Assembly (NCBI GenBank): GCA_028534125.1
Contig: CM052818.1
Span: 10,170,001-10,234,000 of the forward strand
Length of the DNA stretch: 64,000 nucleotides
From: Lama glama
Taxonomy: Eukaryota
Direction of reading: 5' to 3'
The position numbers and the translations under genes were made by a program. Numbering within the stretch: the first letter of the stretch is position 1; every line of letters begins with the position of its first letter. The notes under the pieces are model-generated. The model was not told where the DNA came from and did not search any database. It saw nothing but the letters and a program-made list of their open reading frames with translations. This document shows positions 49,949 through 62,400 of this stretch, one piece after another.

Positions 49949-51824
49949 TGGGTGGCTTTCAGTCCCACTGGCTGGGTTCCAGGCTCTTCTGGTGATTTGA
50001 TGGCCACCACTAGACTAAAGAGTCCCCAAGCATCCTTCCAACTCCATGCGTCCTTTCAGCAGTAACCTTTGCCTTGACCCTGGAGTGGAGTTTCTGTAGG
50101 GAGAAGGTGGTACTTAATTTAACTGTAGATATAGGTTTCAGGCAAAGACTTGTGAAAACTTGAGAGTCTAAGGGGAATGTTACTGAACAGGTGGTACAGG
50201 TCAATGTGTGGTATGAGAAAATGTCCTTTGTGCTGGTTTCAGAGACTACTGTATGTGCTTAAATTCTGCTCATGCCAAGCAAAAGTATGGGAACTGTCTT
50301 GCCTCACATTAAAACCTCTCATCACTCTTCTAGGGAGATGCCTCTTGCTTGCCTCAGCCTCTCTCTCTTAACTCAGGTGCTATATCTAGGGTTTGCACCC
50401 AAAGGAAGACCTAAATTCGTCCTTCCATTGCCTTGGGCAGAACACAGCTGAAATGACTTAGTGAATTGACCAGAGAAGTGAGACCAAAAGCACTGAGATG
50501 AGGAGGAAGGCCAGCAAAAGAATCGTATTTAAAAATATGTGCAATACTTACTATAATTGTTTTGTGCACTCCTATGGTGTGTTAAAAGATTTCATGCTCT
50601 GTAAGATCTGGCTTCCAAACTGAATGTGATATGTCTTGTACTCAGGTTGCATATAAAAGTAGCTGTAACAGCCTAACGAACTAGTTTTGGGATTTAGACT
50701 TACGGACAAGTCAGTGTTGGACAGTAGATGCTTACAAGCTTGAATTTGGATATTTTAATACACTGGGGTTGATAACGTTATCAAAAGTGTCATGGCAAGA
50801 GGCCAAATCCTAAAGGGAAGCCATTGTCTCTAAAAAGGATTAGCATTAATAGCTCATATGGGAACATAAGTCCTACTCACCTAAAACTACAGAAAAGGTA
50901 GGTTTTTGATTCAGAGACGTGTGACCTATATGATCTAATACGAAGTACAAAAAGTGTTGCCAAGTGAGTAGGACACCTTGCTAGATAAGCTTTTGGTTAT
51001 CCACGGTCTCTTTGTATAATGCACGGGTTTAATATTATTACCTAATGCCTAAAGATTATTACCAGCTGCCTATGAGATAAATTTTAGGTATACTCTTTTC
51101 CGTGAGGTCCGGAAGGCAGTAGTTTGGGAATGAATTCTGGTCAAGAAGTGGGCATAATCCACTGGAACTGTAAGGGGTGCTGTTTAGAGCAAAGAAGTAA
51201 AATTGGTGCCTGCCAGAGTTCTGATGCTTCTAGTCTCATTCTTTTTAATTCTTCAAAGATCACAGCCAGCAGATCCAAGGCCAAAAGCTGCAAGTTGTAT
51301 CAGTATCCTGGGATCTTACTCAACAGACCTGAGGAGCTTCAGGTTTGTTCTTAACTGCTAGGCTCACTCTTCCCAGCCTCTTTTCTCTCTTGTGTGGCCA
51401 TTCAGTGTCCACCCATGAGCAACCTCATTGCAGCTGACAACCCCAGCAGCCAGCCAGCTGGGCACCAGCATCTGTGGTTTAGCAGACTTCTGACATTGCA
51501 GCCCTCAGTGTCAGCTGCTGCTGCTTCCTCCCAGCCAATGACTACTGAAATAAACTGTTCAGGTGGAGTGAAAATGTCCAGAAAGAGGCCTGTTGATCTG
51601 AGTCAGTAGGAAAGTCTACAGAAGGGAAGGCTCCCTGAGATGTGTGTTAGGGGTGCGAGCAGCAGTGTAGGGTGATATTTATCCTGCTAGGACTGCTGTT
51701 TCCACATGGAGCATCTTAATTCAGGTTTCATATGGTTAGAATATTTTGCCTATTCCTGTTCTTTGTTTCAGAATTATAGCTACTTTAAAAAATAATAGTT
51801 CTTAAAAAGTGGCTGGGTTTTCTA

Positions 51825-52200
51825 TTTTTTTTTAAATTATAAAAGACACATAGCATTACTGATATTTTGAGAAGTAAAGATAAGGGAAAATAATCACTCA
51901 TAATCCCTGACACAATTATTATTTTTGTTTATTCCCTTCCAGTCTTTTCTTATACATGTGCTTTTATCTAGTTGTGACCACAGTGCAATACAATTTCCAG
52001 TCCCTTTCCCACTTAGCATGTGTGACTTGCATTTTTCCATGTTACTATATCGTCTTTATCCTCCTAATGGCTGCATGATGGTCCATTGTAATTTACTTAA
52101 CCATTTACCTATTGTTATCATTTTGACTGCTTCCAATTTCCCACTGTTATAAAGCATAATGTGATGGGCATCTTTGTGCATATTGTTTTCCCATATTTGT
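51825..52200 (-). mobile_element. Old L1ME-type fragment
   Basis: TAATGGCTGCATGATGGTCCATTG...TTTACTTAACCATT...CTGCTTCCAATTT...CATCTTTGTGCAT. Confidence 0.65.
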
Positions 52201-53639
52201 GTGATTTGTTGCATTTTTTAAAAAGTGTCATTCAGTACCCAAGACATTTACTCAACAGTGGGAATTACATTTGAAGCTAATGGGGAAATGGGGCATTATT
52301 TAACAATTTGTTGGGTCTTCACTACTCCATAAATTGAAAGGAACATGCAGCATTAAGGTATTAACACAATCATAGGTGTTTAGACACCTGAAATTACCTC
52401 TGGTTCATTCAGAGGTCCTGGGTGTTGTTAGACTTCTGTTCTCAGCAACGTGATTAAGTATGTTGGTGCTGGCATGGCAATTTAGATGAGATATGCAAAT
52501 ACATAAGAGGCTATGTGAAAGGGTGAAAAAAAAAATCAGGATATTCTTTGGTCAGCATCCCTCAGAGAGGATACCAGAGACTCCTGTTTATCCGAACTTC
52601 ACCTAAAGGTGTGGATTTTTTGGCTTTCACAGCAATGCCATTCTCATCATGTTCAATGTCAGTACATAGTCCTTAGTGAGTGTCCAAATGAAGGCTGTGA
52701 TCTCTTTCTTAATATTCCTGAGGCATTGAATGTATTGGTCACTCACATGCCAAGTGCAGGCTTATAACTGCAGCGACAGTCTCTCTCTCTTTTTTTCCCC
52801 AAGGGTTGCAGTGATTTTATTTAATGAAACATGCTTAAAACGAACTAGAACATTTTTCTCTCTTTCTACCTCTCTTTTCTTGACTGAACTTCATCTCCTC
52901 AGTGTGAATGTGAAAGGGTGAGTTTTGGAAGACAGGGAAGCATGGTTCATGGTAGTGGGTCTCTGTGAGCTAATAGCTGGGAAGAAAAATAAGCATTGCA
53001 TTTCTTAAATGGGGGAAAAATCAGGAAAAAGGCATGCATAAAGGATTTATCCTCTCCATGAAAACACTGATTAATGAAATCTAGTATGAACGGGGTGTCA
53101 CGCCCTTTAAATATTAGATTTCATTCATAGCGGATAGTAGGCTTCTGAAAGGAGATATTCTGCCTCTGCCAGCTCTTTACAGACACAAATGTTTCATGCC
53201 CTTGCACTGATCAAGGATGCATATGCCTCGGGTAACCGAATCACTGGACAGGGTGAAACATTGTGCTGGACAGATGTGTTGTCAGGAAAGGGCTTTTGCT
53301 GATAAAAGGGACAGCTGCCCTCAGGATGGGGTGGTGAAGGGGGGGTAAGGGGAGTCAAGCAAGAGGGAAGGAAGTATGCAAGGGAAGGTGACCCAACCAC
53401 ATGAAGCCAGCCTCTCAAGCCCCCAGCTGGGACACTCCACCAGCTTGCTAGCTCTTCCGGCTCTAGCTGAGCTGGCCAGACATCTGGCCTCTGTTCTAAT
53501 TAAAGTGGGCAACCAATTTGGTGGCTTAGTGAGGAAAACAGCAGTGAAATCTTGATGCCTGTAGGGTCATAACAAGGCCCCACATAATTCTTCAAGACTG
53601 AGGTTTTATCAAATCATATGCATTTCCTAAGGGCCATTC

Positions 53640-53900
53640 ATTCAAGTCCACTTAGATTTATAGAGTGCCAGTTATATATAAAGCCCAGATCCTGGCCCTC
53701 AGGAAGCCCTTGTCTATTGAGGAAGGCAGACACAGGGACAGCAAACTATGTCGTAAAGAAGAATGAATTAAAGACCATGATGGAGGCACATTCAGGGTTC
53801 TATGGGAGTGTAGCAGAGAGAATAATTTATTCTTACTGAGAGAATCTGGAGAGGCTTCCTGGTAGAGTCAGCATTTTCTCTGAACTTGGAATTTTGAAGT
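53640..53900 (-). mobile_element. L2 fragment
   Basis: TTTATAGAGTGCCAG...CCTGGCCCTCAGGAAGC...CTGGAGAGGCTTCCTGG. Confidence 0.6.
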
Positions 53901-56329
53901 CAGGTCCTAGAGGATTGCCACAAGCAGAGAAACAAATTCCCTAGATGAAATTTCCCACCTGGAACTCTCCCCTCTTTCTGACAGTGAGACCAGAGACTCA
54001 TCCTGGTGCAGTTACAGAATTTCCCACATTTCGTGGGTGGCAACTCAGGCCCTGTGACCTCTAAGACTAGGATTTAGACAGATGTAACAAACCAGGAGCC
54101 TGGTTTTTCATTGTTGGAGAACAATCAGTTTGGCCCCTCAATGTCTGTCTTTTGTTTTTGCTCCAAACAGTGCATATAGTAACCTGTTACCGTCAGGAAT
54201 AATTAAGCCCAATTGACCTAAGTTATCTCCTGCTGGGTGGTTAACCTGACTTGGCTCTGTTGGTGGCACTGGCGACAGGCAAAGTGAGAGCTGCCCATCT
54301 CCATATAAATGAGCCAGTTGGAGCGGATTTGTTCATTTTTTCCTTCCCCTTCCTGCCTTCTCTGATACTCTTCCTCCCCTTGCCCCCTTCTCTCCTAGTG
54401 TCGAAGGTTTGGTTGGCAAGACTGTGCTAGGGATCTGAAAACCTGATTTTTATCTTTGTTACTGAGGGTGAAAATGATCTGCTATGTATATTTTATAAGA
54501 AAATGTGTTTTGTTTATAACTCTGCAGTCAGCCCTCCCTTTCCTCCTCCTAATAAGCTCGTGTCAGAGCTCCCAAGTAAGTTTGCCGTAATGGTAGCCTA
54601 AAGGACGTATTTTGTAAAAATGAAAAATGAACATATTATTTATATATCAATAGTGTAAGAAGCATTGATCAGTGCAAGCAGCCTGATGGTTTGCTTCTCT
54701 ATTTTCCCTCCAATTCTCGTTTACCTTCCCCTGCCTCCCCCTCCCTTCCTGCCTCAGGTGCCTGTGACACTCCTACCATTTAGAAAGAGACTTCTAGCCT
54801 GTCCTGGTCAGTCTGGGCTGGGATTCGGTCTTTAATGTGAAGCCTTCAACGGCGGAGCCTCCAAAATGACTCTCTGACAGCCAGCCATTAATTACCATCA
54901 TCCGCGTCTAATTCATTCATCCCTCTCTCCCCAATGTGGAGGGACAGCGAGGGCTGAGGGCACTCAGGGAAACGCAGGCATGATTCCATGTTCTTTATGC
55001 AGAGAGGGCTGCTGGAGACTTTGTTGGATGCAGGGGCTTTAATTGAATTGGCTTGCCAATAAAGCTGTTGTCATTCAGTAAGTGAATTTGTTGTACTACT
55101 CGAACCACAGCTGCTGCAGACAGCCCGGAATTTCCTGAAGGCAAGCCAGGCCCTGGGCTTGCCTGGGTTCAGCCTTTTTGATGGATCCTGAAGGCCATGC
55201 AGAGTATTACCCCATGGGGGTTGCTTTTGGCACCCATGTGGATGGCAACAAGTTGCAGGGGCAGGTTGGGATGGAGCGGGAACCTGGTGAGCTAGTGGGG
55301 TGTGACCTTGGGGGATCTTTTAGGGAACAGGGAACAGGGAACATAGGAACCCATAGTTAATTAAGGGTGGTAACTAGTGGGCAGGAAACCCTTGCCCACC
55401 ACAATTGGGTATTTTTTTTTCAGTCCCCAGACAGCCACTGCCTGTGGCTCCATTGTACTAGTCTTAAGAGGATATCGCTTCCCATTGTAAAAAAGAAATT
55501 GAGAATATGACAGTTAATATATTTGTAGAGCCTTGTTTAAGAGATCAGGCGGTATTGAGGAAATACCGCAGCTTTAGAACTGGCATTTGTTATTGGGAGA
55601 TCGTTGGGCCAGAAATGCTCTACCTTTCCCCACAGTTTATAAAACATGGCAAGATTGGCAGGTTGTGTGATTTATGATGGATTTAAAGTAACATCAAGAT
55701 TAAGGAAAGTTTTTCAAGGGACTGCAGGGCCATTTTTATTTTCTGCATCCAAGCACATTCATGCAGTGGGCTCAAGTGAATGAGAGCAGGACTGGCAGGC
55801 AGATTTTCATGTTTTTGGTGTCTTTATAATTTAAGTAAATGAGGATCTCTTGTTGAGCTCTTTATTCAAGGGATTTCTCCCCCTTGGAATTTGGAGTTCT
55901 CTGACCAGTGCTCAGATCTTTTCAGGCAACCTACTCTCCAATTGTGGAGCGTTCATAGAAAGAGGGGCCGCTAGTCTGTTTTCAATTATTTAAGAGCAGA
56001 GGATTTTCCAGCCTTCTGTACCTGTTCTCCATTGTCTACCTAACTTTTGGCCATTTTGTTGTATCTTTATCAAGAAGTTGGAGGGAAAAAAAAAAACCCT
56101 CTAAGTAAAGTTCAGTTTTTTGAATCCTGAAATTTTAACAACCCAGAAGCTCTTTAAATTAAATCTATGTATTAGCCGTGTTCTTGACCTGACAAGTGAG
56201 AACTGAATTGGTGTGTCACACACTTGGCTCTAAGGTTATGAGGAAGAAAGATGGTGGAGCTTGGGTAAAAGAGATTTTGGTATTCTCTACCAGCGGGAAT
56301 ACATTTGGAGTGAGAGAGGGTGAGGTAGA

Positions 56330-56370
56330 GTGTATATGTGTTCGTGTGTGTGTCTGTGTGTGTGTGTGTC

Positions 56371-56405
<35 letters not shown>

Positions 56406-56438
56406 GAGGTTTAGAAGGAGAGAGAGACAGAGAGAGAG
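56330..56438. repeat. Compound (TG)n/(TC) and (GA)n microsatellite
   Basis: Seen directly. Confidence 0.9.
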
Positions 56439-56685
56439 GTTCCTTTGATGTCTGACTTTGGGGTGAGAGAGAGAAAACAGTGTCCCTAACTCTAATCAGG
56501 TAAATCCATTGACTGTAATCAGTAACTTTCCCTAGGTATAATCCTGCTTTTGTAGAGTCTTCCCCCAAATTTAATCATGGCACAAGATGGAAATATATTA
56601 ATTGCTGTTTTATTGCAAGAAAGGTAGATTGAACTACAGATCAAATTTAAGGTCTGTCTTCTGAAACTCCAGGCTTAGGCTATTT

Positions 56686-56728
56686 TTTCCCCCAAATTGG
56701 TTAACTTTCCCCCAAATTGGTTAACTTT
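56686..56728. repeat. Perfect 20-bp tandem duplication (TTTCCCCCAAATTGGTTAAC)x2
   Basis: Seen directly. Confidence 0.95.
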
Positions 56729-59700
56729 TAAAGTCAGAGCCAAATTTAAGTTATGTGAGTTGAAAGTGAGATCTCTTTTCCTCCTTGCAAATGAGAAGTT
56801 TGTCTGTTTAAGCCACAGATGTTCTGAAACAGTAAGAAAAAGACAAAACGAATTAAAGTTATTCCTCCAAATGGCACAAGCATGCCTCCTGAGTACAGGA
56901 TTTTGGTAGCTGCCCTTCTCTATCCCCATCATCTCGCCTCTTCCTGTGTTTTCTGTTCTCTGTCTTCTGGGCTTGCATCCTTCCCACTAGTCCCGATTCC
57001 TTCTCCCTGACCTCCTTACTTCCTGTTTCCCTCCTGGTCTCATTCCATCATATATTAAATTATCTAAGAATAATATTAAAATCTAAAGTGGTCTTGTAGC
57101 TACACACATGATTTCCTTAACGTGCTTTCCCCAGATGATTCTTCGTTCTTCCTTCATGTTGAGGGGTTTTCACATCTGGGACTCAGTGAAGAGGCCACCT
57201 TGACCTTGGTGATTCACCTTGACCTTGTGGATTTGCTCCCAGATGCTACTTCCCACTAACTACCATCTTGGGTGCAAGACTTAGATCTGTGTTGAACTTT
57301 CTAAGATAATAAATTCAGGGAAACCTAGCTGAGACCAACCCATAATATTCTTCATTTTGGGTTTCTGCTTTTCATGATGAATGACTTTCTGTACTTTTCT
57401 TTGATAAGTGAAATTAATGTCTCCATGTGAACTGGAAATGCTAAATTGATGATAGTCTCTCGAGGATTTTACGTCTGGCTCTGACACCTTCAGTGACTTC
57501 ATCAGAATTTAGGTGTATTAAAGGATTAAGGAGCTTGGCTTATATATATGAAGTTCTTAAGGTGTTCTCAGAGCCTCTTCCTAAGCCAAGTCCTGAGGGT
57601 CCCTAGGGGAGAAAACTTTTCATGTGCCAAATGAGCATAGTTCAGTGTGAAACCTCATGACAAGCCAACATAATACTTTAATCATTTTCTAGCAGTGGCT
57701 ATGGAAAATGGTTATGGAAAAAATAAAATCAGTATCCTTTTTCTGGTCTCCCCCTACTTTGGTAAGCATTGTTTTCACTTCTCTTTCAAAGATTCAGAAT
57801 TGTACTTTAGTTCCCTTGTTGCTTTTCTTCTCAAGCTGGGGTCTGTGGGGTGAGGTGGTGTATGCTGGCCAAACCTTGGTGCTGTAGGATAAATGTGGTA
57901 GTTTTCCTGGAGTATTTATTTTGCTGAAGTAATTCTGAAGCAAAGGTAATTCATGGAACGATTCTTATTACATTATAAACTTGAATTCAAAATTTGCATT
58001 AATTTTAAATGAAATCAGAAAACTTCAAACTTTAGCTTGCAATTCTGTATGCCATCCTCTATCTCAGGGCCCCCAGAAGTATGATTTCACTCTTTTTTGT
58101 ATTGGGGGTGGGGTGGGAAGTTGCATGACCCTTGAGCCAGTCACCCAACTGAGCTTCTTATCAGAGCTGAGAAAGATGGATTTGTCTGACAGTGGGTCTT
58201 AATATCTTTGGAGCGTGAATCTTATCGTACATACAACATCAAATTCAATCACCCCTAATAATGGTACTAGATATTAGCAATTGTGATATATGCAAGTGTA
58301 GAAAGGGTGAAAGATTTTGGTCAATTGTAACTCTCCTTGGTTTATGAAAATGTCTTGATGTGCATATAGTTGACCCACAGTCATTTGGGGACTTGACATT
58401 TGTGTGTGTCATCTCAGCTTCCTGTGTTCCAAATTCCCACTTATTTGCTCATTCAGTTAGTTATGATGAGTTTGAAAGCTGTTTAACCAGATCCTAAACA
58501 TCACCTTTTAGATCAGGCTCAAGGGAGATATGCAGAGTGGGCACGCTTCACAAAGGCATCCTATTGATTTCCTCAGGGCTTTGGCCCCATGCTTTTATGA
58601 GGAACGCCTGTTTCTGCTGAAATCTGCACCCAGCATGGGTCACAGCGCTCCTCTAGCCCTTGTGGCTGAAGGTCTGGCCCCAAAGCAGTCTAGTAATCTC
58701 TTTTGTCGTGTAGCCCCATACTCTGAGCTCAGTCTTTCAGTTTTTCCTTTTGAGATGAGAAAACACACAGGTCTTCAAGGAAGAGCCAGAGAAGAGGACA
58801 TTTCTCTTTAAGGGTAGAGTAGAGTTGATCAAACATGCCCGCAAAGGTAATGATCCCAGGTTCAGTGGCACAGGGGTACTACGAGAGAGGAGTATAAGTA
58901 GGTGAGACTGGAAAGAGCCCTGGACCCAGTCACTCCACACTTCTTCACTCTTCTCTCGTCACAGCAAGAAGCCTGGGAGTGCGAGAAGGGGAAGAATTAG
59001 GGCAGCAAGGCAGGCTAGTGTGGAGCAGGATGTGGAGGGAAGTTTAGTGGAAGGAGCTGTCAAGTATCTCCTGATGGCTGGAGTGTGGAACTAACATTTT
59101 GTCCCCCACTACAGGAAGACCACTGCCGAGAGAGGCAGTGGCACTACAAATCATGCCTCCTTTATTTTTAATTTGTTTTTCTGAGTTCTTAGGTGTGGTA
59201 AAATGACTCCCTTGTTGAAGATGCATTGTTCTCGCAAGGTGGCTTTGGATTGTGTGTGCGCTTTCCTGGCAGGGCACCTGGCACTCTTGTTTGCACGATC
59301 CACGAGGAGAGGATTTGCTGAGCAGAGTAACAGTGTGAACAAGACTGCAGGAGGGACTGGTTATCTATCTGAGAACAAACTGTTTTCTAGCACTTTAGTA
59401 GTACCACTTACATACGATTTCAGTGTGCTAATGGCCAGTGATTATTACTAGTGAGTTCACTTGAAAGAGATAAAATCACCTTCACTGTTTTCTAATTCAG
59501 ACACCTCACTAACTCAGACTTGCCAGGTGCTCTGAACTGGAGAGGTGTGACAGGAATGTTGTCTCGGATTTTTGGCATTGAGCTTGCATGCAAGCAAGTT
59601 TCCTTTTCTTTGGAAGAAAAATAAACGACAGCATTCTGTTTTGAGTCTTGAAACCGCATGACTGAAAGCATAAAGGTGACAACTGTGATATGCTTTTTTT

Positions 59701-61679
59701 TAATGAGGGCAGAGATGTCAAGAGAAGCCAGCCTTCTAGGAACAAAACAATATTCTGTCAGGTGCAGTGGACTTAAGACCTTTTTCTCTCTTGGAATAAT
59801 GTCCTTAAAAATAACCAAATTCTCCATTCAGTAGAAAAATGTTCATACCTCCCTCCCCATCAATATGAATTGTTGTCATTGAGCATGGCACACCAGCAAG
59901 CCATATTGATTTTGGAAATTAAAATGGGAATGTTCAAGAACGTTTTCAAAGAATTATATGGGATTTTAGCCATCTGAATGGCTTTCCTTTTAGGGTCAGT
60001 GAGAGTATTCTTGCTAAAATGTAGCCTATTGCTTTAGAAATAGTTTCCTTAATGTCTTTCCTGTCGCCCCTGCTGGGTCTGTGCAGGAAATGTAAACCAA
60101 CATACGATATGTGTGTTTATTTTCATGTCCCTTTTATGGGAAATTGGATGGGATATTCCGCTGAGGCTTCAGCCATGAACTGTTGACAGTGTGGGGAGAG
60201 CAGGGCAGGCTATTGCTGAAAGAGTTTGCAAGGGAAGAAGGGGCTTCGGAAACCTTTGAGAGCTATGGGGAAGAGCCAGGCCTGCCTGCAGGAGTTCCAT
60301 TACTCAGGGGCAAGGAGGGAGGCGTGCAGTAATCACACTGGCTGGTGAACTCCTAAGCCATTAAACAATACCCCCACCGGCCAGCCCCAGTTTCCAGCAC
60401 AGTAGAGTAGGTCTGTTGTGCCATACCTCATTTTGTGGGATGTTATGTCTGATACTGTGTGGTCTTCCTGCCTCTGCTGGCCGCAGGAAACTCAGGATAC
60501 CAAACACCCAATCTAAAGCCCATAAGGGGTCATTAAGTAGGCAGGGGGCAGAGTTACCCCTAGGACCCCTGCAGGACAGGAGAGGCTATAGATTGTCAAA
60601 CCAGTCATATCCTGGCCATGTGCAGGTGATATTTAAACAGAACTTTTCCTGGGATTCTACTGGAAAAGTAATTTAAAAAGTGTCTGGGTAGCGTGGGGCA
60701 GGGTGTGTGTCAGTGTGTTTCCTGCAGAATGTTTGAAATCTCAGGGCTGGGCCCATCTGTAAGACAGCAGTAGGTGTCAGTGGGGATGCAAGTTCTTCCT
60801 ACAGAAGAAAGGAGTTGGTATGTTTGCATTTTAAGCTCATAAACAGCTGTAGCCTGGACCATCATCGCAAGCACATCGGGGCTGGAGGAGCTAAGGGCTG
60901 CTGTTTGCCAGTGCACTGGGGCAGTTTCCAAGCTGTAGCCTGAAATATTGTATAAACTTCCAATTTGATTAGGATTTTGTTTTGTATTTCTAAACAAGAA
61001 AATTGAGGATTGTCAAATTAATTTTGTAGTCTTGGTCACTTCTTAATTCCAGTTGGCCATCTCAGCCTAGATTTGTGCAAATACTGATTCCAGGAAATAG
61101 TCAAAGTACTAAACTTGGTAAATAAATGTGTTTATTTTACAAATGGATTCAAGATGAAACACCCAGCACTTCTCCAGGGCATTTTTGTGCCTGCCTGTTC
61201 ATTTTAGCAGCTTGACCAAATGAATTCCTTTCCCTTAGTATAATATTTAAATGGACTTCTGGCATCTGATGCATTGCCTGCTGCTCCAATTCCCTAAGAA
61301 AGTCATTTAAATAAATTTTGACTATCTTGCATCTACTATGGAAGCCAATCCATTAAAAATCCTGGTCACTTCTCTCTATCTAATTTTAGACAAGCCATGT
61401 GGAATTATTGGCATTTGAGAAAATTCATCTTATCAGAACTGAAAGATTTGGATTTTATTTTTAACAGTTTTTTCCCCCTTTCTTAGCCTTCTAAATGAAC
61501 AAAAAGACAAATAAGAAAAGGTTGCCATGTGAAGTTAGCAAGCTGTCAATGGAAATTTCACTACTAAATGAAACTGCACTTTAGCTTTTGGGGGAGCATT
61601 TCCACCTCCCCTTCTCTCAATTCCCGGCCTTCCCTCTACCCCACTTTTCTGCCCAGTGTAAGAAAGGAAAAGATCTTGA

Positions 61680-62400
61680 CAGGTGTCCTGCCTTCCAGGA
61701 ATTTGCAATCTGGCTAAGGAGACAAGCTCTACCCATCCAGAGGGTAGCCAGTGTGATTTGAGTTATTTGCTGGGCACAAGATGAGGGTGCAGAGTAGAGA
61801 GTGCAGAGAGATCATTATGCACTGATCAGGGACCAGGATGTGGTATTAAGTTGGTCTGAAGGGATAGTGACATGTGGGTATGTGAAGAGCAAGGGACGAG
61901 AGGCTGACAATAGCACAGAGATGGTAAATATAAGAGGAATAGCGTCCACCAAAGAAAGAAGTGGAAAGCAAAGGGTCAAGCTGGAGGGCAGGGATTTCAC
62001 TTGCATCCTCAGAAAGAGAGAGGATCATGTAAGGGACTTGTAGGAGATGGGGCTGGAAAAGGAGTGTGGGGCTAGGCTGGGAGAGAGGCCTTGAGGTCAG
62101 GCTAAGAAGTTTGGATTTTATGGTGTGGACAGTAGAAGGGGGTTGTGCCAAGAAGTGGTGAAGATGAATGAAGCCCAAGGTAGAGGCTTCTGTTCTCAAT
62201 GTTATTGGGTTTTGGGTGGTGCATATGTCAAATCACAATGTGGGCTGCCAGAGTGAGAGCTTCCGAGAGGCAGGAGGCCAAAGCATTTCTCCAAGTTGGG
62301 GGAGGTAGAGAATGCTGCAGACTGGGGGTGGCTAGGAAGGTGTCTAGGAAGGAGGGTTTTGTGAGGTGGAGAGAGTGGTCCTAGGTAGTACTTAGATTCA
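61680..62400 (-). mobile_element. L2 fragments
   Basis: GTCCTGCCTTCCAGGAATTTGCAATCTGG; GGCCTTGAGGTCAGGCTAAGAAGTTTGGATTTTAT. Confidence 0.65.

Noticed and set aside
50560..51137. Apparent run of restriction sites suggesting a vector or polylinker
   Set aside because: The sites are dispersed, and the count of 6-bp palindromes is close to the roughly one per 64 bp expected by chance. No vector features were recognised.
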